A model generated the notes under the pieces. It was not told the origin of the DNA, searched no databases, and worked only from the letters and a program-made list of their open reading frames with translations. A stretch of 64,000 nt of DNA from Squalus acanthias (Eukaryota). Position 1 is the first letter of the stretch; each line of letters begins with the position of its first letter. The stretch covers positions 104,038,001 to 104,102,000 of the forward strand of contig CM059432.1 of assembly GCA_030390025.1 (NCBI GenBank), read 5' to 3'. Both the position numbers and the translations under genes were made by a program. Shown here in pieces: positions 36,078 through 49,274 of the stretch.

Positions 36078-37158
36078 GCCCCAATATAACAGGCAGGCAG
36101 AAGAGTGCGGGGTAAGCCCAGTAGCAGGCGAAGAACACAGCAAGGTCGGGGACATGGAAGCTCTACCGATCTTAAAGGCAGGGCCTCATTTAAATAATTC
36201 TGTGCTGCTGGCCAGATTAACTGCCTGGCTTCCTGGTGGGAGGAGAAATTTAGCGGTAGGAGGCCACAGCCTGGGACCGGTGGAAATGGTGCTGGTGGAA
36301 GGGGGTGTGTGTGGATGAGAAGAGGGAGAGGAGCCTCTGACCACGATCAGCGGGGCAGGGGGGCCTGCTGATGGCCGTGATCGGGGATGGTCAGGGTTGG
36401 GGAGGCTGAAGGCTTCCTTGAGAGGCCTGGGAGGAGTATTCCTGCTCCTCCTGGCCCACAGGGAGCTTAAAACCAGGCAAACTTTCTAAGACTTACCCGG
36501 AACTCTTCTGGCCAGTCGGCTCCTCCTACCGTATTGCTGCTGCTGGGCAACAGACTGTGAGACACTTCCCGTGTTGAGAAAGAAAGACTTGCATTTATAT
36601 AGCGCCTTTCATAACCACCGGATATCTCAAAGCGCTCTACAGCCAATGAAGTACTTTTGGAGTGTAGTCACTGTTGTAATGTAGGAAATGCGGCAGCCAA
36701 TTTGCGCACAGCAAACTCCCACAAACAGCAATGTGATAATGACCAGATAATCTGTTTTTGTTATGTTGATTGTGGGATAAATATTGGCCAGTACACCGGG
36801 GATAACTCCCCTGCTCTTCTTCGAAATAGTGCCATGGGATCTTTTACGTCCACCTGAGAGAGCAGACAGGGCCTCGGTTTAACGTCTCATCCGAAAAACA
36901 GTACAGCCCTCCCTCAGCACTGCACTGGAGTGTCAGCCTAGCTTTATGTGCTCAAGTCCCTGGAGTGGGACTTGAACCCACAACCTTCTGACTGAGAGGC
37001 GAGTGTGCTACCAACTGAGCCACAGCTGACACTGTGGTTAAAAATAAGTTTTGCATGTTAAGTAGTCCCATCTGCTTTTAGCAGGAGCCTGTCCAGGGCC
37101 TGAATCGCCACCGTGAATGGGGTCGGGTCACTCGATTCTGGTATTGTACACCGCCCAC
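36078..37158. mobile_element. GC-rich non-autonomous DNA element (Harbinger-like) containing a nested SINE
   Basis: Abrupt GC-rich insert within the CR1. Contains catttaaata and acttacc motifs also seen in the 42236-42695 insert. Ends are only approximate. Confidence 0.5.
36577..37037 (-). mobile_element. SacSINE1-like Deu-SINE, full length
   Basis: Closely similar to 23529-23996. Confidence 0.88.
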
Positions 37159-37367
37159 ACCCCTCCCAAATGAGCCCCAAGTTTCTCCAGTCCTTCCTCA
37201 TAACTCAGACCTTTGACACTAGGGATCAGCCTCATGGCTTTTCTTTGCACTGCCTTCAGCCCTTGAATGTTTACCATGTGCCTCAGCAACGAGAATTGGA
37301 CACAGTACTCAAGGTGCAGTCCAACCAGAGCACTATAGTTTTGTCACAACTCTGGACTTATAATCTC

Positions 37368-38076
37368 GGGTTGGATCTTGCTGGAGTGGGGCATCTCAGA
37401 CTTTTCTCTCCATCCTTCAGCGCTCAATGTTTTGTGGCATAACTTGCTGGCAGCGCGAGCCGATAGCAGTGCGGCGAGGGCAACAGGAATTTTGGGACCT
37501 CCGTGAACAGTGGGACCAACAGTGCATTAACCAATGAGATTTAAGGATTGAGAAAGAAACCGAGGAACTACTGAGAAGGAGGGTGAATTAGAGACAAATC
37601 AGGTACAGAAAGAGAACTAAAGAGAAGTAAAGAAAGATCAGATTAAGAGAGAGAGTAAAGAGACAGAAAGGGGAAAAAAATTAAAATTTGACATTTTTAA
37701 AATCTGTAACAACAATCTACCACTCCACAGTTTAAATTGTTCAATTTCTGGGCCAGAGAGGTTGATTGGCACTGCATTAACAATTATCACGTTGTCATAA
37801 AGGTACCAGACTTGGATTACCAGACTTAACTTTGTGTGGCAAGTTTAATGGGCAATTAATGTGCAAACCCAGCAAGGTCTTAAAAAATAACAGGAATGTT
37901 AAGGGCGCAATGCCGTTTGTGGGAAGCAAACATTGGAGCGTCAAATTCACCAGCAAGTTCCAGACATTCACAACTCAATGCATGTCTCTCAATCCCCTGA
38001 ACCGGCTGGCCAATTTGCACGTTAATAACTCTGTGCATTGTTATCACGCCGTTATTATTTCAGCAAGATCCTGCCC
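37368..38076. mobile_element. Harbinger-type MITE
   Basis: TIR GGGTTGGATCTTGCTG / CAGCAAGATCCTGCCC (14 of 16 match). Confidence 0.75.
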
Positions 38077-39866
38077 CATCTGTTTCGGTTTTGTAGATCA
38101 ACATTGCGTTGGCTTTGTTAATTGCTGCTCTAGATTGGTTGGACATATTGAGCATTCATTCTGCTAAGACTCCTAGATCTTGTTCTGCTTCATCATAGCT
38201 ATTTCAATACAATTCATAAAGTATGTGCGTCACCTATTTTTCTTTTGCACTTGTTCGTATTAAATTTTACCAGCAATTGTTCTGTCCATACTTTGTCCAA
38301 CTCATTTTCTAGTTCCCGGGCAGACTTGTCAGAATCAAATGCCATTCCTAGTCTGGTATAATCTGCAAATCTGACCAATATGCATTGAGTTTCTGAATCA
38401 GTGGTGGCCTAAACACAGAGCCCTAGGGCACGGCACTCAGTATTTACCCCATCCCACCATAACTCCTCTAATACTCATCGTTTTCTACCCTTCACATCCA
38501 TTCCCAGGGTTTACCCTGAATCTGCAGAGCTTTTTAGGTTAACTAACAGCCTTTTGTGTGAAAGCCTCACGTGCCTTTTGGTAGCCTCAGTACACTGTCG
38601 TAGGGCTTTTCACAATCTACTTGGAATGCTACTTCCTCAAAGCGGTCAAGGAGGTTCCCCTTCTGACTCTAAGTTGACTGCTGTTTGTTTGGTTATTGTT
38701 CTACAATCTTCAATTTTACTCCTGATAATCATTTCCATTATTTTACCCAAAATGGAAGAGAAACTAATGGGTCTATAGTTGCCCATGTCTGTTTTGTCAC
38801 CCTTTTTGAATATAGGAATCACACTGGCCTGTTTCCAATCTACTGGTACCTCCCCCCAGTGTCCACTGACTCCTGCATAATGGTCCTTGGGTATTTCTCA
38901 AATCTGTCGCTCAAAAGACTTCTTCCTAATCTCTTTCAGCACTCTGGGGTAAATACCTCCTTTCCTTGGCAATTTACTTGTTTTGAGCTTGTTTAGCCCA
39001 TCTCAGACTTCCATCTCAAGGTCACTGAACTTACTTAAGTTATCACCATTTGAGCAGGACATGTTGCTTATGTCAGACCCTTTGAATAATTTGAGGAAGT
39101 AATCATTCAGAATATTTACTATTTTGTACTCAGTTTCAAGTCTGTCTGCATCTTTTATGGTTTTCACCTCTTTAACTGCTCTCTTACTGGTACAGTACCA
39201 AAATAAATTTGTGTTATGTTTAGCCTTAGCTTCTATAATTCTTCCTAGATCTCTTTTTGCCTCTCTGATCACCCTTCTGTATTTTCTTGTATTTATCCCC
39301 GTGACCTCTTTCCTGTTCTTGCTGCAGGATTTGTAGATGACATTTTCTATCTTTGTCACTTTTACTTTGTTTGTTAATCCATTTAAGGTCATGTTTGTTT
39401 AGTCTTGTTATTTTTTGGCACACGTCTATCCTGCATGCTCAATGTTGTTTCTTTAAAGGTTACTGAAATGTTGTTAAAAAAATCATTCCCAATCTATTTA
39501 GTAGCTCCCTCCTTTCATTAAATGTGGCGCTTTTAAATTTATATACCTGGTTCTTGGTCTTAGGTATTTTGAACTTCCAGATCATATCATCTGTGGAATG
39601 CTACAACTTCCATTTCCTATACATTATTTGGGTTGTTTCCAATACCAGGTCAAGATGGGCACTGCCTGTTGTTGCTTTGTTAGGTCATTATGCAGTCTTG
39701 TATTATATTTACTAACTCTGATTCTAAACTTCTTGGGTTTTCCCAATTTTTATTTGGTTGGTTTAAGTCTCTCATTAAAATAACTTTATCACATTCTCTT
39801 CCTATATCTTCATCGAGTAATGTATCTTCCTCCTCTTACTGACCTGATGGTTTGTAGCATGCATCA

Positions 39867-40185
39867 CATACAGAATCACAGAATCCCCACATTGCAGATA
39901 GAGGCCATTTCGGCCCATTGAGCCTGCACCGACACATATCCCACCCTATCCCCGTAACCCCACGTATTTAATCCCCCTAACACTAAGGGTCAATTAACAT
40001 AGCCAAATCAACCTAACCCGCACATCTTTGGACTGTGGGAGGAAACCGGAGCACCCGGAGGAAACCCACGCAGACACGGGGAGAATGTGCAAACTCCACA
40101 AAGACAGTCACCCGAGGCCGGATTCGAACCCAGGTCCCTGGCGCTGTGAGGCAACAGTGCTAACCACTATGCCACCGTGTTGCCC
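39867..40185 (-). mobile_element. HE1/V-SINE, short-tail variant
   Basis: Same head and V-domain as 27339; tail ends gattctgtgattctgtatg. Confidence 0.9.
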
Positions 40186-41478
40186 ACTAGCTTGGATTTT
40201 TTAGCATTAGAGATTAACAACTAATTCTGTAGCTTACTCCCTTCCACAGGATCAATTTTGTTTACCTTCTTCCAGGTATCCCTGAAATATAGGGGTACAC
40301 CACCTTTTTCTGTCCATTCTGTCTGTTCTGAACAGTTTCTAAGCCTGAACTTTATATTGAAGGGATGTACAAAAAATGTGTTTTAATGATATTTCCCAGC
40401 TGCTGTTACAGATGTGCAGGTGAATACTTTGTTCAAAGTTGACAACACTTCCTATAAGCTTAGATTTGATTGTTTTACAGTGGTGCTTTTAAAAGTTACT
40501 TTGAAGTACTGCACTAAAGCTATAAGTTTGGGTTATTAAAGCAGTGCATCAAACTTTGCCATATTAATAATGCAGATATTGGTTTGGCACCAGTACCTAC
40601 CTCCGCACCGGATTCAAAATGGGGGAGCAAATGGCACTGCACATGCTTAAATCTATTTGCAGTGCTCTGCTAACCAGCATCCAAATGCCAGTGACATTTT
40701 GAACATCACCAAAGAGCCAAATTTCTTGGTTTATGCCCACTGTGTAAAATAAATGATAAAGATGGGTGTTGGCAATCTTTTTGAGTGGTAAAAAGCCATG
40801 TGTCTTTTGGTGGAACCAAGTTATCAAGTTACTAACTTGCATTATATAACTGACGCAGGCACCTAAACAATGTCAACACATGTATACATGGAGATGCACT
40901 AATGGGGTTTTAGACTGCTAGAAATAGTTGATGGCAGATGAAAAAGAGCTAAAACAAATTCTTACGGAACAAATCAAGATGAAGACTCTGGGAATTCAAA
41001 AAGAAATAAATTAATCTAGAGATCGGCTGACATAAAATAGGTGTAATTACTTTAAATTTTAGCACCATCAGCCAGAATCTTAAGTTTCTGATTGTAATAC
41101 CTTTTACAAAATGATTATTGTGTGCAATCACTATTACATCTATTTTAAACCCAATTATAGAATGCATAGACATACATTTTTTCCTTTAGTACTTTCAAAT
41201 ATTTTGACAATTAAAAGGGTTACTGAATATAATGCTTTGAACGATCAATGAGCTAAACATGATTGACCGCAAAACAGACCCTGAAATGCTGCAGTGCCCC
41301 AGAACTATTTAAAGTAATGCACTCCAATAGTTTCCCATGGACTGTGTCAACGTTAATAGATTTTGACATTTTTTCTTGTAAATCACGGGCTGGATTGGGA
41401 CCAGGGTACTAATCCAGCCCATGATGAAAAGCTTTGCTTTGTGAAATGAGTTTAGGCAGTCACAACCTAGCTCTTAGC

Positions 41479-41967
41479 AAGAAAGACTTGCATTTATATA
41501 GTGCCTTTCACAACCTTAGGATGTCCCAAAGAGCCTTACAGCCACTGAAGTACTTGTGAAGTGTTTAATTGGCGCACAGCAAGCTCCCACAAACAGCAAT
41601 GTGGTAATGACCAAATAATCTTTTTTTTTAAATAGTGAGGGATAAATATTGGCCAGGACACATGGGATAACTCCCCTACTCTTCTTCAAAATAGTGCCAT
41701 ACATCCAGCTGAGAGAGCAGACAGGATCTCGGTTTAAAGGCTCATCGGAAAGACGGCAGATCCGACAGCGCAGCACTCCCTCAGACCTGCATTGTACTAA
41801 GGCGCTATATACATGCAAGTCTTTCTTACTAAGAGTTAGGTTGAGACTGCCCAAACTCATTTCACAAAGCATCATCCTAGATTATGTGCTGAAGTCTCTA
41901 GAGTGGGACTTGAACCCATAACCTTCTGACTTACAGGCAAGATTGCTACCGCTCAGCCACAGCTGAC
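41479..41967 (-). mobile_element. SacSINE1-like SINE with an internal inverted duplication
   Basis: Deu core and tRNA head, with a 70-bp extra segment at 41801-41870. Confidence 0.8.
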
Positions 41968-42109
41968 TCCTTACTTACTAGCCCTAACTTGTGATCTCAG
42001 GGAAGTCATAGGATGTCTATTATGGGAAATGGAAATGTCACACTGGTGCAGTAGGTATTGCACTTTGGAGAGTGGGGCCTGTAAATATTGGAGTAAAGAG
42101 AGCTGTATT

Positions 42110-43345
42110 CTGCATAGAATCGTAGAATGATACAGCACAGAAGGAGGCCATTCGGCCCATCATGCCTGTGCCGGCTCTTTGAAATAGCTATCCAATTAGG
42201 CAGACTCCCCTGCTCATTCCCAATAGCCCTGTAAAGTACCCAGTGAGCGGCTGATCGGGGGGTCGGAGGAGCTCATTGGGGGGCTGGGGGGTACGACGAC
42301 TGAGGAGCTTAGCGGGTATGGGGCCAGGGGGGGAAATCGAAGGCCTCATGGGGGAATCTCTGATCGCGGGGGGTGGGTTAGGCAGGGACGCTGGATCCAG
42401 GAGGTAAGTGTAAAGGCACTTACCTCCTGGATCCAGCAGCCATCGCCTTCCATTATCTGGCAGGTTTCACTAGGCGTGCAAATCCCGACCAGTCACTGTT
42501 AAATTTAAAATGGTGGTTAAATCTGAGGCACGCCAGCCTCATTATAATATTTAAAAGTGCAACCCGCCTCCTGGGAGCAGGTTGGCTGCCCACCTCCGTT
42601 AAAACCAGAAGTGGGCAGGTTGGAATTCAGATTTTTAACACTTTAACTTCCCTTCCGACCCCAACCCACCCGTTTTTTTGCATTAAAATTCCCCACATGC
42701 CTCTGTTTATAAAGCCAAGGATCCCGTATGCCTCAACGGCCATCTCAACTTGTCCTGTCACCTTCAAAGATTTGTGTACATACTCCCCTAAGTGTCTCTT
42801 TTCCTGCATCTCCTTTAAAATTGTACCATTTCGTTTATATTGCCTCTCCTCATTCTATCTACCAAAATGAATCACTTTACACTTGTGTTAAATTTCATCT
42901 GCCATGTGTCTGCCCATTTCACCAGTCTGTCTATGTCCTTCTGAAGTTTGTTACTATCCTCCTCACTGTTTACTACACTTCCGAGTTTCATGTCATCTGC
43001 AAACTTTGAAATTATGCCCTGTATACCCAAGCCCAGGTCACTAATATATATCAAAAAGAGCAGTGGTCCTAATATGGACCCTTGGGGAACACCACTGGAT
43101 ATTTCCCTCCATTCCGAACAACAACCGCTCAACACTACTCTCTGCCCCTTTAATCCCACCGGCTTCAATTTTGCTTACAAGTTTATTATGTGTTACTTTA
43201 TCAAATGCCTTTTGAAAGTCCATATACACATCATCCACACTAACCTCATCAACCCTCTCTGTTACTTCATCAAAGAACTCAATCAAGTTAGTCAAATACG
43301 ATTTGCCTTTAACAAATCCATGCTGGCTTTCATTTGTAAACCCAT
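42110..43345 (-). mobile_element. CR1 fragments (tail 42110-42235; RT 42695-43345) separated by a GC-rich MITE-like insert
   Basis: GVPQGSILGPLLFLIYI, FADDMK, YMDFQKAFDKV. Confidence 0.8.
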
Positions 43346-44004
43346 GTTTTACCTGATCTGGAAGTCCCTGGTGTTAACACTTGAAATGACTTCGGCTAGC
43401 TAACTTCCCTCACTTTTCTAAGCCAAAAAAAGTTGGAAACATTATTAAATGAGCAAAGCCAGGTGCAACAAAAGTTTAACATTGAGTGTCACTGGAGAAA
43501 TAGAATTCTGTAGAATATTTTGTCAAAATTCTGTGGGGAATCTACAGGACATTACATTTGCATTCTTATAAATAGGAATTCCATAATTATACATTTTCAT
43601 TTTTAGAACGTGGGGAAATGTTGCCACCTGGGTCTTCATACAAAACAACACTTTTGGGTCAGGAGTTTTAAAATGATCTATTGTGCTGCTTTACTCTTGA
43701 CCTGGCTGTAGGACAATTCAAGTCTTCATCAGTAACTGACTACTGAATAACAGTTGCTATACAAAACTTCTCCCTAGACACAAACTCTTGAAAATTTTAC
43801 GGCGTATCACAGCAACTGAAGCACATTTGAGCAAAAGCAAATGCCAATGCCTGCCAAATGTACTATATACACACACGTCACATAATAGAGACAGTAGCAA
43901 CCAATAGATCTCCACTAATAAATTAGTACATTTTATTTGAAATTCCCAAGGAAACAGTGTGGGTTGGACAATTAATACTAGGTCTACAGTTTCTAATATT
44001 CTCT

Positions 44005-44232
44005 TCTGCAGGGTTGTGAATCTTTTGAATTCTCTATCCCAAAGGGCTGTGGATGCTCAGTCGTATATTCAAGGCTGAGATAGATAGATTTTTGGACTCT
44101 CAGGGAATCAAGGGATATGGTGATCAGGCGGGAAAGTGGAGGTGAGATCGAAGATCAGCCATGATCTTATTGAATGGCGGAGCCAGCCCGAAGGGCCATA
44201 TGGTCTACTCCCGCTCCTAATTCTTATGTTCT
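44005..44232 (+). mobile_element. CR1 3' tail
   Basis: gggttgtgaatctt...gatcagccatgatcttattgaatggcgg...tcttatgttct. Confidence 0.8.
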
Positions 44233-44711
44233 GAACTTATATTCACAATATATATGGCTATTTCCTCTTTCTTTCTCGACCAAACAGGCTTTTCTTCATT
44301 CAAATGCCCATGTGGCAATACTGAATACTTATTTAGTGTCCAGATGAAATGTTTGCTTAAAATGCATCACAAAATTACTGAACAAGAATGAAACACGCTT
44401 TATTCCACTTCCTCTTTTGAGGATTTTAGTTCTTTCATAAAAAAAATGTTTTCACTTCCACTCAGCTGGAAGGAGCTGTAGGCTCCTAAAAAACAATGCA
44501 GCTCATGCTCCTGTGTAATCTTTTAATTTGGTGTGTAAAATGTGTATGCAGCAACTTTAAACTGAAATATACTACAGTTGGCAGCCCTGCTATACCTTGC
44601 CCAGGTGGCTATTGCTCATGTCTAGACAGTGTGCATCAGTGGGTTATTCCACTACAGTGGCAGTTATAGTTGAGCCAAATCTCATCCTCAACCATCATCC
44701 GTGTGAATATG

Positions 44712-45160
44712 TGGGAAATGCAGCAACAAATCTGCACACAGCAAGATACCACAAACAGCAATGAGGTAAATTACCAGATATTCTGTTTTAGTGGTGTTGG
44801 CCGAGGGAGAATTTCCCAGTTCTTCTTCAAATAATACCATGGGATCTTTCACATCAGAGAAGAGAGTTTAATATCTCATCTAAACAGACAGTGCAGCACT
44901 TCCCCAGTACTATTCTGAAGCGTCAGCCTAGATTATGCGAAAAAAAATGAGAAGTCGCACAACACCAGGTTATAGTCCAACAGATTTATTTAAAATTACA
45001 AGCTTTCGGAGCTGTCGCCCCTTCCTCAGGTAGAGTTACTGTGAGACAATCTACCAGAATTCACAGAATATAAACACAGAGAAAATGCATTCAATCTTTC
45101 CCTACTTATTATGTGAAGTTGCTGAAATGGGGCTTGAACCCACAACCTTTTGATTCAGAG
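44712..45160 (-). mobile_element. Degenerate SacSINE1-like SINE interrupted by a Penelope fragment
   Basis: Deu core at 44712-44937; tRNA head (ttgaacccacaacctt) at about 45105-45160. Confidence 0.7.
44938..45035 (-). mobile_element. Penelope terminal fragment of a second family, with hammerhead motif
   Basis: Minus strand reads ac-CTGAGGA-aggggc(gaca)gctcc-GAAAGCTT-gt...aataaatctgttggactataacctggtgttgtg. Confidence 0.7.
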
Positions 45161-45307
45161 GTATAACGAATAATTTCATTATCCACATAGCCTAGGTTAC
45201 ATTACTGTGAAAATGCAGTATCAAAGAAACAACATTTATCATTAGCAGGATGCAGAGTTCCAGAGTTCATTGAAACTCAGCAGTTGCGCATCCACAGAAT
45301 AAACCAT

Positions 45308-46166
45308 GACCCGGATTTTGCAGTGGTAATGATGGCGAAACTTTCAGCATTCGCCGTCATTACTCCTCAAAGTGACATCAACTTCTGGAGTCAGCACATG
45401 CGCAGATAAACTCAGAAATCCAGAAGCTTCTGTCAGTCATTCCCTGCTCTGCCACAGGCTGTGCTGTGGAACTCTCTGGAGCCCACAAGCAATTCAAATC
45501 GCACTGCAATGTGGTTTCTGCCGAAAACGTCCCCTATTACGCTGGAATATCACTGTTCAAAACCCCAGAAAAAGCTAAGCCTTTTTAAAAGAGGTGTAAC
45601 TGGGTTTTTAACAGCTACTGAACAACAGTTTATATTTGTGGAATGTCAAATGTTGTCCACTAATATGATAATTACATGGTTTTTAAATATAATTGTTTTT
45701 TAAAGTTTGTTTATGATATTTTGGCTTCTATCTTAATCCTATGTGTGTGTCCCAATCTTTATTTCGCTCTTCGTAAAATTTATAAAAAGTGAAGGATAGT
45801 TAATGCATTTTACTTCCTGGTTTGCTGTCTGAGAATTCTTCAATGTGATTGGCTGCTTAGCAAAGTTCCCTCTAAGCTGCGCACACTCTGCCGGTCCTGC
45901 GCAGCCCAGGACTGGCTTTTTCAATGTTAAGTTTCACATGTGCGAAACTTTGAATGGGCTGCGCACCCAAATAAAAATTGCTGCTTAGCCTGCTTGATGA
46001 CATCACTGTTGCTGGACGCTGGAGATTCGCTTGATTTGGCGGCAAAATGAAACTAATGTCGGGAGAGGTGAAATTCACACCAGAGATCGCTAAATCTTTG
46101 TGGGCAGCTTTCTGCGAGGTCAGTGGCGAGCACTGTCGTTTTGCCACTGACTGCAAATTCTGGGCC
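45308..46166. mobile_element. Harbinger-type MITE containing a truncated hAT MITE (about 45860-45978)
   Basis: TIR GACCCGGATTTTGCAGT / ACTGCAAATTCTGGGCC. The inner insert starts gttccctctaagctgcgc and is flanked by duplicated gctgctta. Confidence 0.7.
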
Positions 46167-46305
46167 AATAGGTCATAGGAGTAGAGATAAAGGAACATTC
46201 CACCTTTTTGTTTAGGAATTTAAAAAAGATTATTGGCAGACAATTTCTATGCATTCTCATTTCTATGAAGGATGCCTATATTTTACATGCTCACGAAGTT
46301 AGGGG

Positions 46306-46468
46306 CAACGTTCCTTTTAAGCTGTGTGGTCATGCAGCGCTCTGCAGCTCCCGCGCAGCCGCTGAGCCGGCTTTTAAATGGGGAAAAACTACGCATGCAC
46401 GGTATTTTGAATGGACCGTGCAGCCCCTTAAAGGGGCCGTGCATCAAAAAAAATTAAAGGGAACAATG
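46306..46468. mobile_element. hAT-type MITE
   Basis: TIR caacgttccttttaa / ttaaagggaacaatg; 8-bp TSD gttagggg / gttaggag. Confidence 0.75.
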
Positions 46469-46527
46469 GTTAGGAGTTTGTCACACTTAGTAACTGAAAT
46501 AAAAGGGATAAAATGGAGTTTACACGT

Positions 46528-46970
46528 TACATAGGATATATGGCACAGAAACAGGCCATTCGGCCCAACCAGTCCACGCCGGCGTTTATGCTCCATGCGA
46601 GCCTCCTCCCGTCTTTCCTCATCTAAATCTATCAGCATAACCCTCTATTCCCTTCTCCCTCATATGCTTGTCTAGCCTCCCCTTAAATGTATCTATACTA
46701 TTCACTTCAACCACTCCCTGTGGTAGCGAGTTCCACATTCTCACCACTCTTTGCGTAAAGAAGTTTCTTCTGAATTCCCTATTGGATTTCTTGGTGACTT
46801 ATATTGATGGCCTCTAGTTATGCTCTTCCCCACAAGTGGAAACATTCTCTCTGTATCCTCTCTATCAAAACCTTTCATAATTTTAAAGACCTCTATTAGG
46901 TCAACCCTCAGCCTTCTTTTTTCCAAGAGAAAAGAGACCCAGCCTGTTCATCCTTTCCTGATATGTATAC
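46528..46970 (-). mobile_element. CR1 3' fragment
   Basis: EKRRLRVDLIEVFKIMKGFDR. Confidence 0.85.
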
Positions 46971-47399
46971 CCTTGCATTTTGTTGTACCTATTGTTTGCA
47001 CCTAATGGAACAAGATGCACCAAACCCTAACTTAATTTGATTGGCACTCACATAACCTTTGTCCTTGTCCTGACCAAAGATTTAACATCTCCTTTACATT
47101 CGGCACAGTGAGCTGCTAATGGTAAACAATTTGTGACGGGTCACCTTTCAATATACACTCTGGTCAGTCATCCACAGGCCAGATTACACACTCTTCAATT
47201 AAAGCAAGACAGAACCACGATCAAATTGGAAAGAAGATTAATTTCATGTTGTTTGAAAATCCTATCTTCAATAATCAAACTACAACTTTAAGATTTCTTG
47301 AAAGATTAATGTGACTACTCATGAAATAGAAAAATGTACAGTTTTACTACTACATTTGGCATTTACTGTGATCTGGTCTACAATCCCTTATGTATGATA

Positions 47400-47818
47400 C
47401 ATAGAAACATAGAATCTAGGAGCAGGAGTAGGCCATTCGGCCCGTCGAGCCTGCTCCACCATTCAATACGATCATGGCTGATCATCCAAATCCAGTACCC
47501 TGTCCCTGCTTTAATCCCACAGTACACATATCCCACCCTACCCCCGTAACCCCACGTATTTAATTCCCCCTAACATATCCCATCCTATCCCCATAACCCC
47601 ACATATTTAATCACCCCCTAACACTAAGGGTCAATTTATCATAGCCAAATCAACCTAACCCGCACATTTTTGGACTGTGGGAGGAAACCGGAGCAAACCC
47701 ACGCAGACACGGGGAGAATGTGCAAACTCCACACAGACAGTCACCCGAGGTCAGATTCGAACCCGGGTCCCTGGCGCTGTGAGGCACCAGTGCTAACCAC
47801 TATGCCACCGTGTTGCCC
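47400..47818 (-). mobile_element. HE1/V-SINE, long-tail variant
   Basis: Shares the internal duplication and the CR1 tail with 27339-27788. Confidence 0.9.
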
Positions 47819-48559
47819 GATGTACAGAACAAATGTCTAAGTTTTGTTTTTAAAGGGAAAAGGATTCTTTTAAAACATTTTCATTATACCCCACGACTTT
47901 GGGTCTGAAACATAAGACCACAAAGACTGAATTGAAGAAAATATGCAACACAACATGCTTCCTGATTAATACATTTTCCAAAATTCCTACACAGAATACT
48001 CTTTGGATTTTTTTTTTTTTTTTTTAGAGACTGCAATCAAAAATACCATAAAGTCTAAGACTGTAATGAGTTCAAGCAGAGCACAAGCTAGAAAATGTGC
48101 AATTGTTCACAGGCAATTTCAGAAGTTTTCATGCATCTAATTGGGACACACTACTGTGGATTTTACAAAACTGAATGTAGGCAAAGAACATGTTTTAAAA
48201 AGAGTTGAGGTTTAAAATTAAGAAATGTAATTGGTGATTCTCTAATTTAAAAAAAATAACCCAGAAGAAAACCAATGATATGTGGGTATCCCTGGATCAA
48301 TTTGTATTTTTTTTTAAAGTAACGCGTAGTCCTGCAACTCTGCAGACACTGCTCAATGAATGGTCAATAACTCCGTTTTTCGCCTCCTTGTGGGAAAGTG
48401 TGTGGCTTATGGTGCATCGCCACAATCAATTAAAAATTCACCTTGGTGCAAACCATCACTCTCTGGCAAGTTTGTTAGAGCTCCAATACTTAACTTCTCA
48501 AATCAAAATGTTACTTTTAATTCCTTCCATTTATCTCTATCTTTTTTCTTACTGCCAAG

Positions 48560-49031
48560 GTATCAGACTTGGCTCAGTGACAGCACTCTGACCTGTGAGT
48601 CAGAAGGTCGTGGATTCAAAGTCCCACTCCAGAGACTTGAGCACATAAGCTAGGCTACACTTCAGTGCAGTCCTGAGGGAGTTCTGCACTGTCTGACGTG
48701 CCGTCTTTTGGATGAGACATTAAACACACTTTTACATCTACCCTATCAGATGAATGCAAAAGATCCTATGGCACTATTCGAAGAGGAGCAGGGAAGTTGT
48801 CCCGGCGGCCTGGTCAATATTTATCCCTCAACCAAAATCACTAAAAAAAAAGATTCTCTGGTCATTGTCTCATTGCTGTTTGAGGGACCTTGCTGTGCAC
48901 ATATTGGTAGCCATGTTTCCCTACATTACAACAGTGACTGCAATTCAAAAAAGTACTTCATTGGCTGTAAAGCATTTTGAGGTGTCTTGAGGTCATGAAA
49001 GATGCTGTATAAATGCAGATTCTCTTTCTTT
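48560..49031 (+). mobile_element. SacSINE1-like Deu-SINE
   Basis: tggctcagtg...ggattcaaagtcc head, Deu core, tataaatgcagattctc tail. Confidence 0.82.
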
Positions 49032-49243
49032 ACTAAGTTTTCTCACCATGTGTAGAAAAATTCTAAATCTTTACTTTCACATTCAGTTTATTTTCTTTCA
49101 GTTGGGTGAAATGCTCTTTTGCTAAACTATAACTGTGGTATGAATTTTGAAGCTCTTTCATAGTGTCTAGCCGTGACATTCCCATATAATGGATGCCTAA
49201 TTTCAGCAGCATCATTGTAGAGAGGCACTCCGCAGATTGAAAC

Positions 49244-49272
<29 letters not shown>
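49244..49272 (+). repeat. Poly-G run (29 G)
   Basis: Direct count. Confidence 0.9.

Positions 49273-49274
<2 letters not shown>

Larger units (their letters stand above)
35770..39850 (-). mobile_element. Old degenerate CR1 in pieces, interrupted by MITEs and a SINE
   Basis: CR1 3'-end, RT and linker remnants (for example ILNDYF, YRPIS-like, PIFKKGDKT-like) at 35770-36070, 37160-37365 and 38077-39850. Confidence 0.65.
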
